Part shown: positions 36,355 through 49,677 of the stretch, in pieces
Layout of the letters: each line of letters begins with the position of its first letter
Position numbering within the stretch: the first letter of the stretch is position 1
The notes under the pieces: model-generated
Told to the model about the DNA's origin: nothing
The model's database searches: none
The model's input: only the letters and a program-made list of their open reading frames with translations
NCBI GenBank assembly: GCA_977020255.1
Contig: CDROCS010004439.1
Coordinates: 1 to 59,213, forward strand
DNA: 59,213 nucleotides
Origin: Obrimoposthia wandeli
Taxonomy: Eukaryota
Direction of reading: 5' to 3'
Position numbers and translations under genes: made by a program

Positions 36355-39309
36355 AAGTCTATTAAATCTTTTAAAATAAATATATATTTCAACATATGAT
36401 GCAACCCCTTTTGTTTTAATGTATTACTTAGGCACTGTTGATTAGTTAATACATTTTAAACATTGCTTTTAAAACAATACAGCATATATAAAAGTTTCAA
36501 CCGGTTTTTAAAAAGAATTAAATATTTAAAAACAGTTTCAGTCGTCTGTTTGATTTATTTTAAAACTTTGGTTTTGTTATTTTTATTATACCACTTTAGA
36601 ATTAATTTTATATACAAAATATATCATACATTTATATCATATATCGTAAATTTATTTTATAATTAATATATTATACACAAATAATATAATAAAATTTATT
36701 AAAATTAAGTAGGTACATGTTTAATTTATTAAAAATGTTATTAAAACATTAAGTTTAAAAATTTAATTACAAAATTGTTCTTTATGAATATCAAAAAAAT
36801 AAAAAATGAAACATAACAAATTATTTAAAAAATAGAATAAAGTATTATAAGTACCATCAATAACAAACAAAAATGAAAATGTCAATTTAAAGCTCTGTCA
36901 TTTTTTAAACTCAGTTCTATAAATACATTTTTTTAATTTAACAGTGATTATAGAACTTAAATAGATTATTTAAGGTTCAACAAAAATTATAATTTATAAT
37001 TACAATATTTTCAAATAATAATTTTATCATTTTTAAAATACATAATTTACAAAGTAAATTTAAAGAATTATGAAAATAACTAATAAACAAGGAAAATATA
37101 ATATAAACTATTTACATAATTGTAGAAAATAATTCATTCAAAACCAGTTTCACATGAAATTTTGAATCTTGAAGATCATTTAAATAAAATTAATTTGATT
37201 AGTTAGTTAATTTTTTTAGTTTCTACAAGTATTTAGCAGATATGAATAATAAAATTGATATTCACTGGTACTCTGTTGGAATTATTCAATTGTAAATGTG
37301 TATTTATTTGTGGAAGTAATATTTATTTAACATTTTGATAAGTGCCAAATCAAACAATTTTGTATACACTCAAAATCGTTTATAACTGTCAAAGCTCCTG
37401 ATATAATGCCCGACAAAATTTTTGAATAATTTATATTTTATCATATTTTTGTTAAATTGTTTCAAATAAAATTCAAAAAAACGTGATAACGAGACTTTAC
37501 ATTAATACGTTTTATCCTATCATAAATATTCAAATAAATGATTTGAGATAACTAGTTATTAGATTTTAGATAAGTGGGTAAATAAAAAAATACTTAATTT
37601 TAAATTAATTTTGTGATTCTTGTTGTAGAAACAATCTATAAATTTCTGTGTGCGAAATGCCACAAGTTCAAACTAAAATTCCAAGGTTTATTGAGCTCAA
37701 TCGCTGAAAATGGTCAATTTTAAAGTTTCAGAATAAGATTTAAACAACACTTTACGATTAAATATGCTTCCGTCAATGAATAACCCCCAATCTGACTTGA
37801 TATCAGAGAAAGTTCCCGATTATTTTAGTATCCTTGTATCTCACTCGTATAAATGATGTGACGTTTCTCCTACAGTCCTTGAATATATATTCTCAAACAT
37901 GTAATATGGGTAATATGGGTCAATACCCCGGTCATCAGAGGTCACTGCCTAATGCAGTTTGGGGATCCTTCAATATGTATGTTCATTATATCTAAAACAA
38001 GTTTTTTTGTAGTTTCAAAATTTAAATGCGGATTATCGAAATTAAATGATCAACTGGATGTGATCAAAAACCTTAAATATTTTCAAATTAAGCCAAATAA
38101 ACTCCATTAAATCTGAAAATTAACAAATGTCTTTTGTTCTTATATCTTTGTTTTTATCACGACTCAATGACTAGTCGCCCATACTAGTCCACATGAAAAT
38201 CCAGCCTTAGTTATTGTAATATACATGTATTGAAACTATGAACATTGATTCCAATTGAAGTGGAGAGATGAAAACCAGTAGCACACAATGAACAGAGCAA
38301 TTATAATGATTAAATACGAATAAATAACCGTAGAATTATTCTGTCAATTCTTATTAAATGGAAAACCCCTAAAACATATGATAAAATAGCTTTTAAGAAT
38401 TAGACATTTCTTTATAGCAGTGACTAGAATTTTAAACTTACTTTAAGACAGAATATAACCTTTCAAGAATTTATAAAATTCTTATTTTTTAAAACTCATG
38501 TTTAAATGAAATACTCGAATTTGGTGTATGGGTATATCTTGAATATAAATCTAGATGCGATTAAATAAATTTAACTTCATAATCGGGAAGAGCTGTTAAC
38601 AGGTAAAGCAAATGGTTAGTAGTCTTCGAGATGTAACGTCTTTAAGCTATTCCCAAACTTTAATTAGGTACGATGTGTGACTTTCTTCATTGAAGTCGCA
38701 GGATTTAATACAAATGCCTAGTAAACCATTTTTTGTAAGCCAACTTTTAAATTTTTAACATAGACAGCATTTTTTATCAGACACTTTACCATATTTTAAA
38801 TAATGGCAAATACTTATAAAAAGGCGTCTTTATTCGAGTACAACAAATTGCTACAGAAAAATGACCACATAATAAACCGAGGCTACTGGATGCAACCCCT
38901 ACAAACCATGCCTTAATCCAGCACTGGAAACCTGGTTGCTAGAATTCTTAATATATAAGTTTTTAAAATTTTTATTGTGTAGTGTTATCGGATCTGGCCA
39001 GCCCCAGTTTGAGAAATTTCAACCACCTAAGTCAATGATCAAAGAACTTTCTGGTCATACCTTGCATGTAAAATGCTAAATCTCAAAGATATTTGACAGA
39101 CCAACTTCCAACATTCACAGGCCCAAAATGATAGACTTAAATATCTTACGATCAGATAGTATATTCTATCAGATAGACTGGTAATATAATCTATTATTAC
39201 TATATTCGATAATCAAGAACCTCATAGTCACCGGGGTGGTTTGAAGATTCCATCGATTCATCTAGACTCTAGATTCTAGAGGTTACCAATAAGCCCATCT
39301 TCACGAAGG

Positions 39310-39590
39310 CTCGCTCGTGGCCCTCAGTATCCTAGGCGTAGAAGAGAAGAACCTACAAGAGCTGGTTAACCAAGGCATTGTTAGACCAGTAGAATCGAGT
39401 GTCCGAGCCACGTTAATTATGACTCTAATCAATGGTATTTCTTTTGTAGGGTTTCCGAGACCCACACTTCAAACATATATCCACGAGACTGCTGGAAATC
39501 GCTGGTATTTACCAAGGTCTTCTGACAACAAAGTTTTATGTCATTCTTTCAGATTCGCCTGGATAACAAAATCAGCCCCACATTATTAAT
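39310..39590 (+). pseudogene. Fragment of LTR-retrotransposon RT N-terminus
   Basis: LQELVNQGIVRPVESS..A resembles the L..L...GII.P..S.WA motif preceding the RT core. Heavily decayed. Confidence 0.45.
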
Positions 39591-42486
39591 TATTATCTAC
39601 GGAGCGAAGAGAAAGGAATTATGCAGTTGTTCAATGGCCACATCCAAATAAATGTCAAAATAGCCGATCTTCAATGTTAATCAGATTCAATACTTTCTAT
39701 ATTATATCTATTGATTTATTTAAATATTATATTTTCTTCGAATCGATGAACACAGCCTTATATAGTTTATTCATTTAAGAAATGCATATAAACTAATCCG
39801 AAATATAAAATAGAATATAAATAGTAAGTTTAACTCTGATGGTTGGCTTGAGACTCACCTTAAAATAACACACGGTCAACATCTCTATCAGTAGAATGGT
39901 ATGCAAGAAATAGTCAACGTTCAATTACTCAAACAATATATAGGAATAATTAGGCTGCTGGTATATATAATCTTACGATTTTGAACTTGACTAGTTACTG
40001 ACGAAGATTTGAATTGCATATCAAATTTATTGGCCAAAAATCTCAGATATTATATTACCTGGTGCATTGACGAAGTATACAACACATATTACGCATTCGA
40101 CAGTACTACTGCTGTTAGTGACAAAGCATTGACGTAGGGGTTTCAAGTTATAAAGCGAATAATTTGTATATAACCCTGTTGATAAATTTAAGATAGTAGC
40201 TGGATGTTGAGCATCATTTTTCGCTTAATATTCGTTGTCAAGTTCAACTTTCGGATAGTTTCCGTTGCTGATTGGCTGTTTTCATAGTAGAGCTTTACTA
40301 ATATAATTCTGTCTTCTATGCTAATTCATTTTTTAGATGTTTTATGTCCCATTTAACAGTACAAGCTTCATTTCTTCATATTCATCAAAAATATAAACTT
40401 ATAATCACAATTCAACCTTCATTATTCCGAAATAAGGTGACTGATTCTTATACTAAGCGTTTAATTCACTCAATCAATCACTCTTACATTCATACCTAAT
40501 TTACAAAATCAATAAACATTTTAATTTTATAATATTGTAATTTATTAACATCACACACTATAACACTAAGAATAACACTAACCAGGGACATGTTCTTGGC
40601 TTACAGCGGGTTTAGAGCTGTTAATAATTACTCCTCTGTTGGTTTTGACATGCTCATCAGTAATATAACTGCAAGGAGTGTCATAAACGCAGTTGATGTC
40701 GCTGTTGTTGTCTTTAGCAAAAGAAGTCGTGTGAATACCTTCTTGACTCATCTTCCGCATTTCTGTAAGTCAAGTCTCAATTTCAAACTTATACAATCAC
40801 GTTTATGCAATATAATTTATCGTCAATCTAAATATGTACTCTTTATGTTAAAGAAATAAATCAAATACATAATAGGTGTACAATTAATTATTCAGAAATC
40901 AAAAATGAGCATTTAAATTTTGACTACACAAAACATTTGTACGTGTAGTAGCATGTTGGTGTTAAGAACAAGCTTAATCAACAAACAACATTTCTGCTTT
41001 GTAATTACTAAATATTTCAAGTATATTTTGAGATTTATATTTATACATAAAATACGTAAAGCATAATTAAATTTACAAAATATTGCCAAAATTACAATGT
41101 ACATTAAAATTTTGATACTTTATAATCTTTAATTAGTCATAAGAAATTAAAGTAAATAACCAATAAATAAAAATAAATAGAGTCTTAAAAGATCGTAATT
41201 TTACCTTTCTTTAAATTTTAATCCTTCACGTACTGATGCAAAAAGAATAGCAACGGATACGTAATACCAAATATGTACCAAATCTATCTGACTAAACATT
41301 AAGAATTCATTTATGCACAAACGTCTATGAAGTTGTTCATTCTACGCGATTGATTTTTAATCACGCTGATCACACACACAGTCACTAATTATTTTCATAT
41401 TTGTGCACACAACCTTTAACTTGCTTTAACTTGAGTTCGATGTTACAGAGATAATTTTATCCGCCATTGTAATAAATTCAATTTTTGTCATTAAATATAG
41501 CTGGTAAATCAAACAAAAGAACTTGACTATATAAAGAAGTACAGTGAGTGTAACTCGTGATGCATCAGCGTTGCTCAACTGAATCTGCAATTCAACTGTA
41601 ATTGTACCGGATTGTGTGTTAAGGTGGCAGATCCAACTGACTGCTGAAACATCCTTGATTTTGGTTCTCGGGGTTTAGCAAGACGAAAATAACTTTTTTA
41701 AAGACTACAATAGATTATGAATATATATCGAACTCACTTTAATAGTCATGCATAAGCTGACAAGTCTTAATAACAAAATTCAATTAAAATCCGTAAATTA
41801 CAAAAAATATATCATGTACATTTTTAAGATATAAATTGTAATTTTAAAAATACTGACAGTGCATCATTTATAATAATTTACTTTATAATTTTGAAAATCT
41901 TGTCATGGGGGATTTTATTGAAAATGTCTAGAATTATTACAAATGTAGTTGGTTTTTCTTATCTTACTCTCGTGGACAAATATGGACATCTTTCTATTTT
42001 ATTTTTCGATCCAGAACTTACGCCATTAAATGTTCTTTATATTGAAACTCAGTCAAGAAACTTTCTTGTATTAGCGGAAAGCACATTTGTGATTTTTAAT
42101 ATTTGCTGTTACTATTTTATTTCGCAACTTACATACACCCTACTTTGACATTTATATTGACTTCTACAAGAAATAATAATTTAATCTATATTGTAAATAT
42201 TAGTCTTTGTTTGGTATAGAATTGTACAGTTGCAGCCTTTCCATGAGGTAAATATTACACATCAGAATGCATGAATAAGAGAAGTAGCATTAGCTCTCTG
42301 TTTCTCTTTTTATTTCAAAACAAGCACAAAACTATGCCGTTAATGTATAATAAATAGTATCTCGCTTATTAAAACCTTGCACTAGCTTTGAAATACCATT
42401 GAGGTACTAATTTTGAAACTAGATTTATTTCATTTCTTATGGAAGTCTATAGTGAGTTATAAGCGGTATAAAACTTGCTTGTAAAG

Positions 42487-42742
42487 CAGCGGTTCCCAAC
42501 CTTTCTGGTGCGGTGACCCCTTGATAACATTTGCCAAGTTGCGGTGACCCCAAGTATAAAATAATTTTATCAACACAACAATTTGTTATATTTTAACTAC
42601 AAAAAATTTATTGGCACAATGTTTTTTATTTACAAATTTTCAATAATTGAATCATAATAATTTTATCGACACAACAATCGACTCCAGGCCAATTGTCAGG
42701 CGACCCCAGTTGGTTTCGCGACCCACAGGTTGGGAACCGCTG
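42487..42742. mobile_element. 256-bp hAT (Buster-type) MITE
   Basis: Perfect 16-bp TIR CAGCGGTTCCCAACCT and perfect 8-bp TSD TTGTAAAG (42479-42486 and 42743-42750). Confidence 0.96.
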
Positions 42743-42949
42743 TTGTAAAGCCTATCCTAGGTAATCTCAAAATCTGAAGGTTTGTTGGTTATTGTGGGGC
42801 AAACGTTTACTTATGAAATACAATATCTTAAAGAGTAAAATAAAATTTATTACATAAAAGTCAATCAACGATTATACAAATCTAAATTAATTATTACGAA
42901 ACTCACATACATCTTCAATGTATTTTACCATTCCAAAGTACTAAAATGT

Positions 42950-43430
42950 CTCCGCCCCAATGTTGTAGTTATGTTTTCTATAATAGACATAATTCAAAAG
43001 TTAGAATTCACAACACAATTTATATTATTCAGGTTTAAATACGAATTCATAAACAAATATTTCCTGTAGGATTTTTCTGGATTTTGATTACATAACTCTC
43101 CTCTTCACTATTCAAACTTGCACTTCTTCAGCCATTCGATTCTCATGGAAAGGATTCCTCTTGGAAACTGAATAGATACCTGTACTGTGGACTCAAAAAT
43201 TATATTATTCTATATGAGTCTTCATACTGGTCACTATTCTTGCTGCTTTTAAGTGAATCCTTTTTAACAAGCACTTTTCCTTTTCTTAAAATATCCTATC
43301 CCTCTTCTTTCATTATCTAACTTCTCTAACATTTTAGCTACGATTTGTTGGTTCTTACTTACGTTTTGAATGATGATTTCTTTATTGTTTGTTGTTGCAT
43401 TTGATGCTTGAATTGTTATTTTTCTTCCAT
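42950..43430 (-). pseudogene. gag/protease fragment of an LTR element
   Basis: A coiled-coil segment, a degenerate knuckle (GIGY..C..HLK) and FESTVQVS, resembling the aspartic protease active site. Confidence 0.35.
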
Positions 43431-43432
43431 AA

Positions 43433-43982
43433 ATGACCTCAAACGGTAAAGATATGGCTCATTATTTTTGCAAGGTGGGTATACCACATGAAATACTGAC
43501 TGATCAAGGTACTAATTTTGTCAGTGATTTGATGAATCAAATGTTTAAATTAGTGAACGTAAAGCATATTAAAGTGACTCCTACCATCCTCAAACCAATT
43601 CAATATGCGAGAGGTTTAATGGAACACTGGAATCAATGTTGAAGAGTCTATCTGCAGATACCGATGGAAAAGATTAGGATTAATATGTATCCTACATTTG
43701 CTACACATATAAATCGTCAGTGATTGCTAATTTAGGATTCAGTCATTTCGAATTATTATTCGACCGAGATATCCAAGATATATATATATATATCCTTTAT
43801 ATACCGAACAACGTTACAGATAGATGAAAAAGAATCAAATTTATGTGAATATTTCCTGGATATGAAAGACAAATTACAACAAGTATCAGAAAATACGAAT
43901 GAAAAAGATGAGAAAATTAAAGAAAAGCAAAAGAAATGGTAAGATAGAAAGTTTAAATCTACTCCATTTAATAAAGGCGATG
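43433..43982 (+). pseudogene. Gypsy integrase core fragment, cut by the Maverick left terminus
   Basis: GIPHEILTDQGTNFVSDLM..HIKVTP..LGFSHFELLF..KW*D..PFNKGD; ends at 43982. Confidence 0.8.
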
Positions 43983-44414
43983 AGTAGGTGGATATGTCCG
44001 GTCTAATCCACCCCCTCCCCTGGGGGGCTACCAATGTCCTTTAAAACCGTGCATGTGTGTGGAGTGAAATTTCGTGCAAATATATACATGTCCTGAGACG
44101 TGTATACACGTTTCAACTGTACAAGTGCAGTTCACTGGTGGTATATGATACGGTAGTCAAGGTGGGGAAATTAAATTGGAAAAATAAGCGCATGGTATAC
44201 TTGAATTCCGCCAAGAGCAAATTCAAGCAAGTTCCTGCGATTCCTGGCTTACTATTTACCTTCTGAAATTCACCAATTTGTCCGCACATGTCCCATACCA
44301 CTGCCAATAAATCCCTATATATGACTTTATAAATTATATAAAGTAACGTATACGTGTTTTTTTTCTCCTATCTATCCTACAACCCTCAACACCCAAAAAG
44401 ACTAATTACCCCAT

Positions 44415-44723
44415 TTAATACCCTTTAAAATTGAAAATCTCATAGTGCTCCCACAGAGTGAGGAATATTGAAATGTATAATGTCAGAGCTGTTGTAGATG
44501 AAATACAAAAAATAATTAATATATATTTGGTTATAATTTTATTTATTTGTGTTTGATTTCTAAATTCTCAAATAACGTTTAATCTAACCAATATTTCAAT
44601 GTTATCTCTTGTTATATCATTAATTTTTTATTCTGATAAAATTTGTTTACCCCTAATTTTTCCAGAAAATATTTCAACGACAAGCCGATTTACTTCATTG
44701 TCTGTATTTATAGTATTATTCAT
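44415..44723 (-). pseudogene. Small ORF with C-terminal hydrophobic segment
   Basis: 103 codons in one frame with two internal stops, including YILIIFCISSTTALTLYISIFLTLW. Confidence 0.35.
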
Positions 44724-44789
44724 TTGATATAATAGGTTTAAACGGTTTTGTTTATAGAAGAAAGATAACAAGATATAATAAAATATATT

Positions 44790-45254
44790 TTATAAAATCG
44801 AATCAATAATGTCTGGATAATAAATTTTTTTCAATCCTAATATCATAACTTTGCCACTGGGATATATATTTACACATAGTGGTTTAAACTTCAAATAACT
44901 GAGTGCAGGAAAAATTTCTGGTTCAAGCATGCATTCTTCTTTCATTTTCTCTGCAATTTTATAAAGATTTATTGGGTTTCCGAGATTAGCTGAAATTGTG
45001 ATTGATTGTTTTGCAGTGATTCGAATTCCAAATGGTAAATTGAACTCATTCAATGTTTTTTTGCATCCCATAACACGACAACTTCCTAAAAGAATTCAAT
45101 ATGAAAATAAAATAAAAAACTAACCTGAGGGAAAAATAACAACTGTAAAATAGTTAAACCTTTTCACATATTGTCTCAGCTTTCATTCATTGAATAGTAA
45201 GTACGAAATATCATCTGCTATTCTGATTTTATAATTTATATTTACGAGTTTCAT
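44790..45254 (-). pseudogene. TATA-binding-protein-like gene: 2 exons (45254-45125, 45085-44790), 39-nt intron, one internal stop
   Basis: Spliced product MKLVNINYK..TVVIFPSG|SCRVMGCK..ANLGNPINL..LEPEIFPALSY..PLCVNIYPSGKVMILGLK reproduces both TBP repeats (LIFSSGKMVCTGAK; YEPELFPGLIY..LIFVSGKVVLTGAK). Confidence 0.85.
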
Positions 45255-45531
45255 TAAACTAAAATTTTATTCTGTAAATTCTTCTTTATATATGCCTGAA
45301 CCTGCATTTTTATAACGCATTTCTTGTAATTATCTTGCAAACCTAATATAATTGGATGATATATTTCTTCCAATCAATATCGATTTTTTTTAATATGGAT
45401 TTAGTCCAATCAAATTCAATGTTTTAGTTATTAACCAATGAGATTCATGTCTTTGTTACTACTTAGTATAAAAGAATGCACCATTGGAGGACAAATCATA
45501 ATAAATGCATTCATATCAAAGACAATTATAA

Positions 45532-45981
45532 ATGATGGACGATAGCCAACAGATATTAAGCTGTGATGAAGATTTAGAAATGTTTGAAGAATCGGATAAG
45601 GATATGTATGAAGAAGTGAAACAATATTTCAAATATAAAGTCAGATTCATGAAGAAGCCTCAACTGATTGCTTTAGTAAATCCTGTGACAATTGAAAGAA
45701 GAAAGTTCAGCTATTATCTATCAAATATTCAATAACCAGATTTTCAATATCTTAAACAGAAAGTTAAAAAGGCAGTTCCACATTTTACTTTCTATAAGAA
45801 CGAATTTTATATCCGAGGAGCCGATGCAGCATTTCTAGATGACTATGGAAGAGAAATAGATGTTGATGCGTTTCCGAAACAAAAGCAATGGACTGTAACA
45901 ATTCGACTTCATGGTTACAAGAAAGATGAAATTGGAACAAAGTTACCTATGTGGAAAATTGAACGTGCTCATATATTTTAA
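45532..45981 (+). pseudogene. Maverick SSB-like gene A (149 aa, one internal stop)
   Basis: A single frame reads through TAA 45733-45735 to ..AAFLDDYG..WTVTIRLHGY..KLPMWKIERAHIF*. It is paralogous to gene B; the SSB function is inferred. Confidence 0.55.
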
Positions 45982-46149
45982 CTACTTATTTTTCTTTCAT
46001 TTTGCATTTAATAAATTATAATCGGTTTTATTCATTTTTACTATGTTTCTTTCATTTGGCAATTAATAATCAGTTTTATTTTCATAATATTTGTATTTTA
46101 TATGTATTTTTTTATAAACATTGTTTTTAATCAGTTTCCTTATTTTAGA

Positions 46150-46556
46150 ATGGATCCTCTTCTGAGATATGTAGGACATTTTTATTATCCAGAAAGAATT
46201 TCAAAAGGAAAACTATGTAATATATTACATAGGCATCAAATTATACGAGTTATGAATCCTGTGAAAATATCAAAAGTGGAGAATAAATATCTCATCGAAA
46301 TTTTAACAACATCTGATAATGATCAATTGAAAAATATTTTGGGATTTTACATTCCTGATTATGTATATGAAGGAAATTGTTTCCAGCTTGAAACTGATCC
46401 CAGTCTGGCTTTTAGAGATGATCTAGGATTGATTGCTCAATTTTAGATGAAGAACTATGGAATATTTCAATAAGTCTCAAAGGATATTTTGCCGTTGACG
46501 GGAAAATGCAGCCTCTTTTGACTTTGAGTGAAGCCAATATGGTGTTTTATGTTTGA
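46150..46556 (+). pseudogene. Maverick SSB-like gene B
   Basis: MDPLLRY..QIIRVMNPVKI..LAFRDDLG (frameshift) ..LWNISISLKGY..GKMQPL. Confidence 0.55.
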
Positions 46557-46851
46557 TTTAATAAATGTCTTTAAAATAATTTTGACTCGTATTTTGTTTT
46601 TCTCCTATTAAACTGACCTAAACGTAATTTCTCGTATCTTACCAATGTTTTTATCTCATAAATTATTACTCTAAAATCTTTCTAAAAAATAGAAATAATA
46701 TATTCACGTAAACATATTATTTGAAATCTCGTCTTCGATAAGCCATCAGGGTCAAGATGGATTCCAGTGGTCTTCTCTAATCACTTTTGAGATTAGCAGT
46801 AAAATTCAAAGTAAAATAATTGTTATTAATTTATTCAAAAATGAGTTAAAA

Positions 46852-48355
46852 ATATACTTTATAAATTCATAATTTATAGTGATATGACACGATATATACA
46901 CGTGTAGTTAAATAGTGTTGGGGTTTCTGTTTGAAACTAGAGGCCCCCAACGTGAGTTCTGTAACAATAGGGCTTAAATATGTATGTGGCCTATATTTTT
47001 CTGGTTTATTTCGTTTAGTCTCAGTTCTAAAGGATTTTGCCTTCGTATTTGTATTGCAGTTGTGTGGAAAGTGATGTTCGTAGTACACCGACGACTTCCC
47101 GCTAACGTAGTGTCGAATATAGTAAAATTCGTATCTTTCTAGTCCTATGTGGGTCGATCAAATTAGCTTTACTCGATATGTAGGAAATAATATATTAATT
47201 CACGCGTAACTAAAAAGGAGCTATATCGACAATGATTTGTCTTACTACGCTTGTTTCCACACGGGGTAAACAAGTATGACCTTTACCTAACGTATTGAAT
47301 TTAATTTCTATATATTGATTTAAGTTTCGGATTCTACGTTCCGTAGTTGTTCCTTTCCTATGCTATTCAAATTATTCAAATCAATTAAGGTGATCTATTT
47401 CTCAGATTAGTCAAATACTTCTCAACTTAATTTTTACACAACTTTTTTAAATGATTTTTTAAAATGAAGTAACCCTTAAATTAAACAATTATTTTAATGA
47501 TTCTTTACACAATTTCTTTTCTTTAAAACAAAACGATTATACAGTTTCTTTTCTTTAAAACGAAACAATCACACAATTTCTTTTCTTTAAAACAAAACGA
47601 TTACACAATTTATTTTCTTTACAACGAAACGATCACACATTTTCTTTTAAATAGTTCACTCTACTTACCTCGATCAAGCTAGGGTTTGGTAATGTGAGAT
47701 CCTCGTCTAATTTCCTTGTGTAGTTCTTTTCCTCCGGCGTCCGTTGTCTGGTTGATTTCTCTTGTACGGCTGGTTCCTTTCTTGTACTGGCAATTAATGT
47801 TAACAACTTAATTTTTCCTTTTTTATTCAATTACATCATGAGTCTCCAATTATTCTCGTGGCAATTCGTCAATTCGCTTTCTCAGTCTCACAGTTTCCGT
47901 TTTTGTTTTCTTTAATGATTCGATTGCTGCTTTTATATAGTTTCATAAATTATAGTTTAGATAATTCAATTAGGCTAAGTGCCCTTACTTAGCTGAATGG
48001 ATGCCGGTTGTCCAATTCTCAGGAATCTGCAGACAGCATTTAGTTGTCGCGGTTTCTTGTCAGCTGGCTAAATTCCCAGCGAGTGTAATTTGAACCGTTA
48101 TTACAATTTTCTGCTTGTTGCAACTTATTTATTATTTTTGTCTTTTGTAATATTTTCCCCTTAACTTTCCTATATACATCACATTATACAACTGACCTCT
48201 TCAAGGTCCTAAATTACGTTTTCTTAATTTTTAATTTTAATTTAAAAAATATTAATTTATTTATTTATTCAACCTTAATTCAAGGTTTTATTTCTCCTAC
48301 ATATAGTTAATTTTATTTTAAAAATTTAATAATTCCCAATCTTAACAATAGTGAG
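46852..48355. mobile_element. Unidentified 1.5-kb insert, possibly an LTR/gag remnant, replacing the G-rich array
   Basis: Homology to the 33-kb Maverick end stops at about 46850 and resumes at about 48358. The insert has a decayed coiled-coil frame on the - strand and a 32-bp tandem repeat (about 4.5 copies, 47507-47650). Confidence 0.4.
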
Positions 48356-49677
48356 AGGCGGGGTATGTGTAGATGGATAAAGTTAATGAAAAATACTGTA
48401 GCACCCGGAGGGGCGCGTTGGGGCGACCGCACCCCCGCCTCCCAAAGGGGAGGGGAGCAGACGGGTCGAACATTTTTGGGCGGAAGGACCTTAGGAGATA
48501 TTTTGTTGACCTCTTTGTTGATATTTTTCAAAATTTCACTACACACACATGCATGAAATTTCACTCCACACACATGCACGATTTTAAAGGACAGTTGTAG
48601 CCCCCCGAATGGACAGGGTATTAGACCGGACATATCCACCTTCTACAAAAATTAACAAAACTGACGTATACATATCCACGAATTTATAGCTGCTGTATCA
48701 AAAAATTACATCAAACTGTTATAGGCTGTGAATAGGCTTGAAGATGGTAGGTTACTTATGAATAATTTAATTTTATATATCATTCCTTTTGTTTTTATTT
48801 TTCACACGAGATGGAATTGAAGATGGTAGGTTACTTATGAATAACCCGGTACAAGACAATGCATTTCCTCTAACTTCAAATTTACCGAGTATTTTTTATG
48901 AAAATAACGAAATTTAATTCGTACAAATTAACCTCCTTCTTTAGACAGATATTATAGAAAATATTTCGACTATAGTTCATAAAATTTTAGGAAAGGTTTT
49001 TGACAACATTGAAAGAATTAAAAATGAATTTCTGAAAATTTATCTGAAAACGATAAAAAAAACTTTATTCATCATTGCCTTGTCGAAGAATAGTATATTA
49101 CGCGAAGACAATAAGATATTAACTCTGTGATTTTACTTTATGTTTCACTAAAAAATTCTGTTCATATTTGTGTGACATGAATAAATGTTGTAGTGGTCTG
49201 TTTTACTTGTCACTTTGAAAATATATAAATAGTATTAAGCATTGTATATTTACGAAATTAATAGTTCGTTATCGACAGATTAATATTATAAAAAGACAGC
49301 TTAAAATAACTTTGGATTTGTGACTCTTACCAGTTTATTCATTTACAGACAACAAAAAATTATAAATAAAAAATAATATACAACATTGTGGACGAATACC
49401 ATAGTGAATTAGCATTTTTGACGTTCACTAGAAAACATGACCTATTGTTATATAATTTAAAAAATACTAACATTTAAGAAACAGTGCAGTTATCAAGAAA
49501 TAATTAACCATCCGTGATATCATCACATTTAGTTTATAAAGTTTAATATTGTTAAGAATATAAAAGAGTATTTGTTAAAATTGGTTAAAACCATAAAAAA
49601 TATACCTTTGACAAACAGATACTCAAAATTTAAAATAAATTAACATTACTTAATATTAACCTATACACATACACAAC

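Larger units (their letters stand above)
43983..48644 (+). mobile_element. Non-autonomous 4.7-kb Maverick derivative bounded by both termini
   Basis: Starts AGTAGGTGGATATGTCCGGTCTAATCC and ends GTATTAGACCGGACATATCCACCTTCT. It shares 45930-46850 with 32330-33180. No polB, capsid or integrase, and no matching TSD. Confidence 0.85.

Noticed and set aside
38995-39020. CCCCAGTTTGAGAA, like the right end of the 17910 hAT
   Set aside because: The terminal bases and a partner end are missing, so it is too short to call an element.
41891-42148. 85-aa plus-strand ORF that could be a host exon
   Set aside because: There is no recognisable domain and no supported neighbouring exons.
48313-48639. Overlapping short ORFs (also 302-538 and 44057-44307)
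   Set aside because: They fall in or next to GC-richer Maverick terminal repeats and have no recognisable motif.
43977-48650. 6-bp TSD for the mini-Maverick
   Set aside because: The flanks GCGATG and ACAAAA do not match.
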